Shown piece after piece: positions 7,806 through 14,757 of a stretch of DNA of 25,699 nt (positions within the stretch are counted from its first letter, which is position 1; each line of letters opens with the position of its first letter). Location of the stretch: the NCBI GenBank assembly GCA_035604795.1, contig DATNHU010000106.1:1-25699 (forward strand), written 5' to 3'. The notes under the pieces were generated by a model, which saw only the letters and a list, made by a program, of their open reading frames with translations, had not been told where the DNA came from and did no database searches. The DNA comes from Candidatus Limnocylindrales bacterium (GTDB lineage Bacteria; Acidobacteriota; Terriglobia; Acidiferrales; UBA7541). The position numbers and the translations under genes are program-made.

Positions 7806-9106
7806 TGCACATCCTCCGAAACCGCCACCGCGCGCGCGAAGAGTTCGTGTTGAGCCGGCGCGGCGTGAAATCCCCCTATAGATTCGAGTTGAGCGCCGTG
7901 TTCGTCCTGGCACAGGAAAAGGACAGTGGGATTTTCTCCGCGCGCAGCCAGCGGCTCCACCAGCAGTCCGGCGATCTCCTCATCGTGCGCACGAACAAAT
8001 GCCAGCGCCGCGGATCCCGATCCGCTCAGGCACACGCCAAGCAATCCCGGATGACGCACCTCGAGACATTCCGCCAACCCCGGTACCGCAGGCACGCGAT
8101 AGGGCTGGTGCAACCGGTCGCGGAAAAATTCCTGCTGCAACGCGTCCAGCACGCCGCTGCCCGAAAAACATCGCGCCGCAAGCAAACTCGCGCGCTGCAA
8201 ATTGTGGACCACGTCCGCGTGCGAATATTCTTGCGGCAACACTGCGCGCGAGGCACGCGTAAGCATCGCCGTGGCCGGCACGATCGCCAGCATCCGCAAC
8301 TCCGGCGGCAATAGCGTCCGCGCGAAAATCACGCCCCCGCCCTCCTGGCTGGCGGCGAACACCAATCCGCCGTGGCAACAGGCGGCGGCATTGTCGGGAT
8401 GGCCCTCAATCTCCGCTGCCAGCGCCAGAATTTCTTCACGGTCCGCGGGTAAGTCAAGCAACGCCGAGCCCAGTAACAGCCCGCAAACCGTTGCCGCAGC
8501 GCTCGACCCCAGCCCCACCCCGACGGGAATCTCACTTTCAATTTCCAGGCGCGCGCCGGAAATTCTTGCGTTCTTCGCCGCGGTGAATCGCAGCATCCCT
8601 TGTGTCACCAGATTGGAAGCATCGTTGGGCACGCGTTCCGCGTTCGGCCCCCGGTAGCTCACCACAAATCCTGTATCGGGCGTAAGCAACGCTCGCGCGC
8701 GCAGCCGCAAATTCAGCGCAATCGCCGCGCAATCGAACGCGCAGCCAAGATTGGCCGAACTCGCGGGCGCCGAAGCTGCCACCCAGCGCGTGTCTGCCGC
8801 CGCGCTGGCCGAGGTTGCGCCGACAGAAGCAGCGCCGCCCGCGATGGAAGGCACCAGCAGCACCACATCGCCATCGCGGAATCTGTACGCGGCCCCGCCG
8901 AGGAAGCGAATGTCCTCATCATTCACATAAATGTTTACGAAGCGGCGCACTTCGCCGCGATCATCTCGGATGTGCCGCGAAATATCCGGAAATTGCGCCC
9001 CGAGTTGGTCGAGCAAATCCGGCAACTCCGCGGCAATCAGTTGCGCGGTCTGAGCGCCGCCCGTGAATTTGCGCAGCGCCGTGGGAATGTGGACGGTGAC
9101 CGGCAT
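7793..9106 (-). CDS. thrB: Fusion protein: MoaD/ThiS-family ubiquitin-like sulfur carrier (aa 1-91, ends IAGG) + Ala/Ser linker + homoserine kinase
   Basis: aa 1-91 (9106-8834) read MPVTVHIPTALRKFTGG...RRFVNIYVNDEDIRF...DGDVVLLVPSIAGG, a MoaD/CysO-type beta-grasp protein. There is no stop codon after GG. The linker AASVGATSASAAADT is followed by the ThrB motifs APASSANLG..FD, IPVGVGLGSSAA, EGHPDNAA, DRLHQPYR and LSGSG. RBS GGGGAGG lies upstream, 3 nt after the thrC-like stop. Confidence 0.9.
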   Translation of the reverse strand: MPVTVHIPTALRKFTGGAQTAQLIAAELPDLLDQLGAQFPDISRHIRDDRGEVRRFVNIYVNDEDIRFLGGAAYRFRDGDVVLLVPSIAGGAASVGATSASAAADTRWVAASAPASSANLGCAFDCAAIALNLRLRARALLTPDTGFVVSYRGPNAERVPNDASNLVTQGMLRFTAAKNARISGARLEIESEIPVGVGLGSSAAATVCGLLLGSALLDLPADREEILALAAEIEGHPDNAAACCHGGLVFAASQEGGGVIFARTLLPPELRMLAIVPATAMLTRASRAVLPQEYSHADVVHNLQRASLLAARCFSGSGVLDALQQEFFRDRLHQPYRVPAVPGLAECLEVRHPGLLGVCLSGSGSAALAFVRAHDEEIAGLLVEPLAARGENPTVLFLCQDEHGAQLESIGGFHAAPAQHELFARAVAVSEDVQCRS

Positions 9107-9109
9107 CGC

Positions 9110-10399
9110 TCACCTCCCCGCCACGGCGTGCTTGCCCGCGGCCGTTGCAGAAGTGAACGCGCCCGCCATCGCGCTCTCGAAATCGGCCAGCCGCGGGGGA
9201 ATCGGCTCGCTCAACTCGAACCGACCCGCGAGCGCGTCCGTCGTCTTCAGGCCATTGCCCGTGTTGCAGATGACCGTCGTATGGTTAGGCGCGATTCGCC
9301 CCTGCTCAATCAACTTCCGCGTGACGCCAAGCGTCACCCCGCCCGCCGTTTCGCCAAAAATCCCCTCGCTTTGCGCCAGCAGCTCGACGGCCTCCACAAT
9401 TTCCGAGTCGCTCACGTCTTCAGCCCATCCGCCGCTCTTCAAAATCGCCGCGCTGGCGTAATTTCCATCGGCGGGGTTTCCAATCGCCAGCGATCGCGCG
9501 ATGGTGTTCGGTTTCTGTGGATCAAACTCCGCCTTCCCATTTTTCACCGCGTCGGAAATCGGTGAGCACCCGGTCGCCTGGCCCCCGAAAAATTTCACTG
9601 ACTTGCCTTCCACCAGCCCCAACTCAGTCAACTCGCGGAACGCCTTGATAATTTTTCCAATCAGCGCCCCGCCGGCCATGGGCACCACCACGTTGTCCGG
9701 CAACCGCCACCCAAGCTGCTCGGCAATTTCGAACCCCACGGTTTTCGATCCCTCAGCGTAGTACGGCCGCAAATTCACATTCACGAATCCCCACGGATAG
9801 GAATCCGCGATCTGGGAGCACAGCCGGTTCACCTGATCGTAGTTCCCCGCGATGCGCACCAGCCGCGCGCCATAAACCTGCGTGTTCAAAATTTTTGCCG
9901 CTTCCAAATCCGCAGGCACAAAGATGCACGCCTGAAATCCTTCGCGCGCCGCCTGCGCCGCCACGGCGTTGGCCAGGTTGCCTGTGGACGAACAGCTCAC
10001 CACCTCATATCCAAATCGCCGCGCCGCCGTCAGCGCCACGGCCACCACGCGGTCCTTGAAGGAAAGCGACGGAAAGCAGACCGCGTCGTTCTTCACGTAA
10101 AGCTCGCTCACGCCCAACTGCTTCGCCAGGCGATTCGCGCGCACCAGCGGCGTGAATCCCACCGGCAAGTCGGAGCGGAAACCTTCCGGCAGCGGCAGCA
10201 ACTCCGCATAGCGCCACAAATTTCCCGCTCGCGCCGCGATGCTTTCGCGGGTTACGCGGCCCTTCAGCGCCGCGTAGTCGTAGGCCACCTCCAGCGGGGA
10301 AAGACATTCCTCGCAATACGACCGCGGAATATTTCCCCAGGTGCGCCCGCACTCCCGGCATCGCAATTGATAATGTTCGCTCACGGCCAGCCTCGGCAT
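9110..10399 (-). CDS. thrC: Threonine-synthase-family PLP enzyme (sulfur-carrier-associated type; candidate O-phosphohomoserine sulfhydrylase, MetM-like)
   Basis: N-terminal CRECG...CEEC, LWRYAELLP, GFTPLV, PLP-lysine motif SLSFKDRVV, SSTGNLANAVAA, VNVNLRPYYAEGSKT, TIARSLAIGNPADG, GIFGETAGG, TGNGLKT. The start is uncertain (ATG 10399 or GTG 10384); the TTG at 10507 lies in the riboswitch leader. Confidence 0.88.
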   Translation of the reverse strand: MPRLAVSEHYQLRCRECGRTWGNIPRSYCEECLSPLEVAYDYAALKGRVTRESIAARAGNLWRYAELLPLPEGFRSDLPVGFTPLVRANRLAKQLGVSELYVKNDAVCFPSLSFKDRVVAVALTAARRFGYEVVSCSSTGNLANAVAAQAAREGFQACIFVPADLEAAKILNTQVYGARLVRIAGNYDQVNRLCSQIADSYPWGFVNVNLRPYYAEGSKTVGFEIAEQLGWRLPDNVVVPMAGGALIGKIIKAFRELTELGLVEGKSVKFFGGQATGCSPISDAVKNGKAEFDPQKPNTIARSLAIGNPADGNYASAAILKSGGWAEDVSDSEIVEAVELLAQSEGIFGETAGGVTLGVTRKLIEQGRIAPNHTTVICNTGNGLKTTDALAGRFELSEPIPPRLADFESAMAGAFTSATAAGKHAVAGR

Positions 10400-10425
10400 T
10401 TTCCCGAATATTTGAATTGCGGATT

Positions 10426-10505
10426 GAAGGAACATCCGGCGATGCTCGATGCACGAATGCACCGGCATGCACGAAGACAAAATCGCTTCGCGCCGGAGTT
10501 CCTTC
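10426..10505 (-). promoter_or_regulatory. Long inverted repeat (15-bp stem, 1-nt bulge) in the operon leader
   Basis: GAAGGAAC-TCCGGCG pairs with CGCCGGA-(T)-GTTCCTTC (arms 10491-10505 and 10426-10441). The 49-nt interior contains a direct repeat ATGCACGAA at 10449-10457 and 10467-10475. Confidence 0.6.
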
Positions 10506-10539
10506 AAGTCTGGGGTGAGAAGATTTAGGGTGTTCGCCT

Positions 10540-10659
10540 AAATTCCCATGTCCCCCCGCGACTCGGGGCGGGAATTGGCACCGGATGAAGGGCATTGCAC
10601 CCCACCGGTTGCCGTGGCGTCGTCGGGCCCGTTCCCTCGGCCACTCTGCATGAAAACTC
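10540..10659 (-). ncRNA. SAM-I (S-box) riboswitch
   Basis: The minus strand reads gagttttcATGCAGAG-tggcc-GAGGGAacgGGCCCGAcGAcgcca-CGGCAACC...GGTGCCAATTCC-cgCCCCGagtcgCGGGG-ggaCATGggaattt. This matches the SAM-I layout: P1, J1/2 CAGAG, kink-turn P2, GCAACC/GGUGC P3 core, AAUUCC J3/4, P4. Confidence 0.92.
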
Positions 10660-10689
10660 AGGCCCTTGCGGCTTGAGCTTTACAATCCA

Positions 10690-10718
10690 ACCATACGAAA
10701 TGCCGGCGCGCGTGTCAA
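10690..10718 (-). promoter_or_regulatory. Sigma70 promoter of the riboswitch-led operon
   Basis: Minus strand reads TTGACA (10718-10713), a 17-nt spacer, then TATGGT (10695-10690), about 30 nt upstream of the riboswitch P1. Confidence 0.8.
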
Positions 10719-10793
10719 GCGTACCAGCCCTCCTCGCGGCTTGTCATTGGTTTAGGAATCCTTTCTCGTCGCGGCGCCCTTGCGCACGTTTTC

Positions 10794-10818
10794 GTAGGGA
10801 CGGATCTTTGACCCGCCC
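10794..10818 (+). repeat. REP-like element GTAG-GGACGGATC-TTT-GACCCGCCC
   Basis: GTAG tetranucleotide followed directly by an imperfect palindrome (2 A-C mismatches). Confidence 0.45.
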
Positions 10819-10838
10819 GCGGCGCCCGCCGCTGGTTT

Positions 10839-10905
10839 GTGTAGCTCAGGTCGAAGTGAAGACCTGAGGGTTCTCGCTGCCACTTGCGCAAATATGGCTG
10901 GCAAC
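10839..10905 (+). repeat. 67-bp GTAG-hairpin repeat, copy A
   Basis: gtgtag-CTCAGGTC-gaagtgaa-GACCTGAG-g, then 25 nt, then tggctggcaac. It aligns without gaps to the copies at 20575-20641 (+) and 20694-20760 (-). Confidence 0.8.
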
Positions 10906-10977
10906 TGTGCATTAGCTCATCACCAACTTTAGCTTCCAACTTATTTATTGCCATTGCCGCAAATGTAGAGTAACCAT

Positions 10978-11000
10978 GTAGCGCTGGGCTCGATCCCAGC
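10978..11000 (+). repeat. REP-like element GTAG-C-GCTGGG-CTCGAT-CCCAGC
   Basis: GTAG followed by a perfect 6-bp stem with a 6-nt loop. Confidence 0.45.
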
Positions 11001-11062
11001 AGATCCTTGCTTTTTCTCTCCATCGCGACTCTGCGTCCGCAGTCGAAGAAGGACTCGGCATC

Positions 11063-13510
11063 ATGGTAGGCGCTTGGCTGCGAACCTGGCGGCGGAGCCC
11101 GCTCATGACCTCGCAGTTCTCCGTCACCATCGCCGTGGGCATGGGAGCGGCGGCGGCGCTGGTCAGTCTGATGCTGGCGCTCGGTTATCAGCCGCTGCCG
11201 TATCGCGATCCCGGTCAGCTCGTAGCAGTTTGGGAGCAAACCGAGCCCGCTGCGGCGGTGATGGCGTTAGCCGGCCCTGATGTGGCGGATTTTTCCGATG
11301 CAACCCACACTATTTTCTCCTCACTTGGCGCCTTTACTCCCGCCTCGCCATTTTGGTTGATTGACGGCGGAGGCGCGACAGAAATTAACGAAGGCTTCAT
11401 CCAGGCGAGCATGTTCAACGATCTGGGAATACGCCCCGTTTTGGGGCGCGCTGTACGGCTTGACGATAAAACTTACGGCGACAACGCGACTCATCCCGTT
11501 TGGATCGGCGAACACCTTTGGCAGACCCGGTACGGTGGCAGTTCATCGGTGATTGGCGAGACTGTTTGGAGTGCCTCGGACGCGTCGGGGAGCTACAAGT
11601 CGCCCCTACAAATTGTCGGCGTCCTTCCCGCGGGCGTGGGCATCCCGCTTCCATTCCTTATCAGGGAGCCTGACCTGTGGATTCTGATTCCGCCGAACAT
11701 TGCGAACCGTCCCCGGCAGGGCAATTTGTTCTTCGGGGTGGGGCGGCTCCGCCCCGGAGTCAGCGTGGAGCAGGCCGAGGCCGCATTAACCGTGGTAACG
11801 AAACGCATTGGGCAGATCTATAGTTTCGAGCGGCAGAATCGCCCCGTGGTGCAGGGCCTGGACGCGATAGCACACGGCCCCGCGCGGCAGACCATGGGAC
11901 TGCTCGTATCAGGTGTGGGGCTGGTGTTCCTGGTGGCCTGCGTTAATCTCGCCGTCCTCATGGGAGCGGAAGGCAGGAGACGGCGCCGCGAGATAGCCAT
12001 TCGTGTTGTACTGGGCGCAAGCCGCTGGCGCCTGTGGAGCGATGTAGCGGCGGAAAAATGCTTACTCACACTTCTATCGCTGGGACTGGGCGTGTGGTTT
12101 GCCTCTGCGCTGCTGCGAGTGCTGGCATGGTTGGTACCGGCAGCCGGACTTGGCCAGGCCTTGCAGGTTCCGCCGCCTTTGAATCTCTCCGTTCTGCTCG
12201 CCTTTGCGACTTTCGCCCTGGCCGCATCGTTGATTTGGTCGGCGCTGCTGGTGGCCGCAGCGAATGGACCGGGAGCTTCGCGTGCGCTTGCATCAGCGGG
12301 CGGCGCAACGGCCTACACCGGCCTTAGCGACACCGGTCCCGGGGCCGGCCGCTGGCGTCTCGTTCTGTTGGCAGCACAGGCAGGGATAGGAATTTGCCTG
12401 CTGGCGGCAGCAGCGCTCACGGCCAAGACCTACGCTACACTCTCGGCCGCCAATCTCGGGCCAGAGCCGAGCCGCACGGTGACTATGTCGCTTGGAATGC
12501 GAGACTGGGTCCAGCTTTCCGACGCCCAGGGAGATGAACTCAATCGGCAAGTTCAATCCCGGCTGGAGCGCCTGCCGGGCACACGGGCGATCGCATTGGT
12601 GAGCCATTTTCCACCGGACAACCGTCCCATGTCTTTTGTTAAGCAGAGCGATGCGACCGGAACTTTGCGTGATACCATCCAGCCCTTTTCTGTTACGCCC
12701 AGCTATTTCCGCACTCTCGGGATTCCGATCCTGTTCGGCCGCAACTTTGACAACACTGACCACCGCGGCGGCGAGCCGGTGGCAATCATTAGTTTGGATA
12801 TGGCCCAGCGGAACTGGGACTCGCCCGAGCAGGCCGTGGGTTCGCGGATCGCTGCCGGGTCAAAACTGCAGCTCCATTACAAGATCGTCGGCGTGGCCGC
12901 GAATTTCACGGGCTTCTGGTCTCAGCATCCGGTTCCGATGGTCTATGTGCCCGACACGCAGTACGACGACTGTTGCAGCGCTGTGATTTTGCGCACGGAT
13001 TCCTCAGCGAGCGCCGTCACCGTTCTCGCGCCACAGTTGTTGGACGGAATGGCGAACCCTCTGGATATTTCGGATGTTACGACTATGCAGGCGCGCTGGC
13101 AGGCCACATTGACCCGCCCGCTGGCCCGCATGGCAGGCATGCTTCTGCTGGGGTTGCTCGGCCTGGGACTGAGCATCCAGGGCGTGTACGCGGTTGCTGC
13201 AGGAATAGTGGCAGCGCGCGGGCATGAGCTTGCGGTCCGTGCAGCACTCGGCGCGCCTCCGGGCCGGCTGGCTTGGAATGTGACGCGTGCGCTGGTCCTC
13301 GCGGTTTTGGTGGGCGCGCTGTTTGGCGCGGCGGCTTCCCGCGCCATGCATCCCCTGATGGAGCACTGGCTTGGCCCGGTGGCCGTTTGGCAGGCGGAGC
13401 CCATCGCCGTAGCCATCGTGCTGCTCGCGCTCACTGCCGCTGCGGGTTGCTACGCCCCCGCGCGCGCCGCCGCTCGTTCCAACCCTGCCGACGTCCTGCG
13501 CCAGGGCTGA
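11063..13510 (+). CDS. Divergent ADOP-type (MacB/FtsX duplicated) ABC transporter permease
   Basis: QPLPYRDPGQLVAVWE, LGIRPVLGR, IVGVLP, LACVNLAVLM...RRREIAIRVVLGASRWRL, V.P.YFRTLGIPILFGRNF, IVGVA.N, G.Y.V......R.HELAVRAALGA, YAPARAAARSNPADVLRQG. AAGGA RBS. No ATPase gene adjacent. Confidence 0.85.
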   Translation: MVGAWLRTWRRSPLMTSQFSVTIAVGMGAAAALVSLMLALGYQPLPYRDPGQLVAVWEQTEPAAAVMALAGPDVADFSDATHTIFSSLGAFTPASPFWLIDGGGATEINEGFIQASMFNDLGIRPVLGRAVRLDDKTYGDNATHPVWIGEHLWQTRYGGSSSVIGETVWSASDASGSYKSPLQIVGVLPAGVGIPLPFLIREPDLWILIPPNIANRPRQGNLFFGVGRLRPGVSVEQAEAALTVVTKRIGQIYSFERQNRPVVQGLDAIAHGPARQTMGLLVSGVGLVFLVACVNLAVLMGAEGRRRRREIAIRVVLGASRWRLWSDVAAEKCLLTLLSLGLGVWFASALLRVLAWLVPAAGLGQALQVPPPLNLSVLLAFATFALAASLIWSALLVAAANGPGASRALASAGGATAYTGLSDTGPGAGRWRLVLLAAQAGIGICLLAAAALTAKTYATLSAANLGPEPSRTVTMSLGMRDWVQLSDAQGDELNRQVQSRLERLPGTRAIALVSHFPPDNRPMSFVKQSDATGTLRDTIQPFSVTPSYFRTLGIPILFGRNFDNTDHRGGEPVAIISLDMAQRNWDSPEQAVGSRIAAGSKLQLHYKIVGVAANFTGFWSQHPVPMVYVPDTQYDDCCSAVILRTDSSASAVTVLAPQLLDGMANPLDISDVTTMQARWQATLTRPLARMAGMLLLGLLGLGLSIQGVYAVAAGIVAARGHELAVRAALGAPPGRLAWNVTRALVLAVLVGALFGAAASRAMHPLMEHWLGPVAVWQAEPIAVAIVLLALTAAAGCYAPARAAARSNPADVLRQG

Positions 13511-13654
13511 GGGGCGGGTGGCCATCGTATCAATACTGAATTTGGTTTCGGGTGCCCCTCGAGGTACTCCGCGGATAGTTCCCCGGATGTTATTCTCTAT
13601 CCGTGTTCGCGCGTCATCAGAGCAACCTCACAACAACGGACACCCGCCACACAC

Positions 13655-14323
13655 ATGAGGATATTGAGGTTTGCAGCATCGGCTGTGTTTTGGGTCGCGG
13701 TTTCCACTCTGACAGTGGTGAGCGCGCGCCAAACCACATCGCAAAGCCCTCCACAATCAACCGGCCAGCCGATCGAATTCTTCCCTCCGGACACAATCGG
13801 GTTCAGTAATTTCTTTTCCCAGTATTTGAACTACTTTGGCGAACCGTCCCTACTCGCTGCTGCCCAGGACCCGAATAGTTTCTCCTATAGATTGGACGCA
13901 GTTGGGGGCACAAGAGGATATGTGATTGCAGTACGTCTATCTTTGAAAAAGGACGGAAGCGCCCAAATCTTTATCTCGCAACAATGGCCCAGCCCAGATC
14001 CTGAGGTCCGCACTGTGGTTACCAGGACAGTCAAAGATGCACCGGCTGCAGACGTTAAGATATTCTTGCAAATGGTTCAGAGGGTCGATTTCTGGTCGAT
14101 GAGGCCTGAGCTCGATCCTCATAAGACAGGCTATGAGCTTGACGCAGATACTTGGGTTTTCGAGGGGGTGCGCAATGGAAGCTACCACGTCGTCCTTCGC
14201 AATGGACCCGACCGGAATTCGTTCACAGATATGGTGCGCTTCCTTACCAAGAACCTTGCGAAGCTTGACGTATACGACTCAACGATTCCATCGCCGACAG
14301 TTCCCCGCAAACACACCCATTGA
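13655..14323 (+). CDS. Hypothetical secreted protein, 222 aa
   Basis: Signal-peptide-like N-terminus (MRILRFAASAVFWVAVSTLTVVSA), an S/Q/T/P-rich linker, then a globular-looking region (YLNYFGEPSL, SYRL, VDFWSM, LDADTWVFEGVRNGSYHVVLR). It is the only long ORF filling this gap. GC is lower than in the flanking genes. Confidence 0.7.
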   Translation: MRILRFAASAVFWVAVSTLTVVSARQTTSQSPPQSTGQPIEFFPPDTIGFSNFFSQYLNYFGEPSLLAAAQDPNSFSYRLDAVGGTRGYVIAVRLSLKKDGSAQIFISQQWPSPDPEVRTVVTRTVKDAPAADVKIFLQMVQRVDFWSMRPELDPHKTGYELDADTWVFEGVRNGSYHVVLRNGPDRNSFTDMVRFLTKNLAKLDVYDSTIPSPTVPRKHTH

Positions 14324-14428
14324 TTTGATTCAGCCCTTCAAAATGCAAGACTGCGACAGACGGGGGCAGACGCGATGTTTTCTGGATGACAGTAGCCGAT
14401 AGCCACCTTTCGCTAGTGGGTCCCGCAT

Positions 14429-14453
14429 CCTTTCTCCGCTGTGGCGGTAAAGG
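14429..14453. repeat. Hairpin CCTTT-ct-CCGC-tgtg-GCGG-t-AAAGG, REP-like
   Basis: Interrupted inverted repeat in the intergenic region. It is preceded by tagtgggtc (14414-14422), the same 9-mer that precedes the palindrome at 5674. Confidence 0.35.
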
Positions 14454-14757
14454 GTCAGGCAGTGTCCGGCGGAGTCCCTCCCGATTCCCCCCACCATAAG
14501 CATTCGAACATGAATGTGTAGCGAAATTCCCCTGCCCCAATATATTTTTACGAGTTTCAACGTTTAACTTTCGACTACCATTTAATCTATTGCGAAGATA
14601 AATTGAATCGCGCTCGACCGCTCTTACATCTCAAACATGAGATCTGAAATCGGTCTTTCCCTCTGGGGCAGCGCCAGCCGGAATGCCCCCGAAGATCCGC
14701 AGCCCACATCGGTTTGTATTTAATGGAATGGAAGTCAGGACACACGCATGAAATCGC

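Noticed and set aside
7806-7913. 36-aa N-terminal extension of the aspartate kinase ORF
   Set aside because: It overlaps the thrB 3' end. The GGAGG RBS and the family start motif (M.VLKFGGSS) point to ATG 7805.
8770-8800. Independent GTG start for homoserine kinase inside the fusion ORF
   Set aside because: The only candidate GTG (in WVAASAPASS) falls inside the first conserved strand and has no Shine-Dalgarno sequence. It would also not free the carrier's Gly-Gly end.
10400-10507. 36-codon N-terminal extension of the thrC-like ORF from TTG 10507, containing Cys and Met codons (possible leader peptide)
   Set aside because: There is no RBS, it lies within the structured riboswitch leader, and it has no stop of its own. 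The Cys/Met codons arise from the TTCGTGCAT direct repeat.
10839-10905. GTAGCTCAG resembles the start of a tRNA D-arm (also at 20577)
   Set aside because: There is no acceptor stem, anticodon arm or TTCGA T-loop. The sequence instead pairs as CTCAGGTC/GACCTGAG and belongs to the 67-bp repeat family.
10715-11239. 174-aa minus-strand ORF
   Set aside because: It runs through the repeat cluster and antisense to the ADOP start. The composition is not protein-like, with no RBS or motif.
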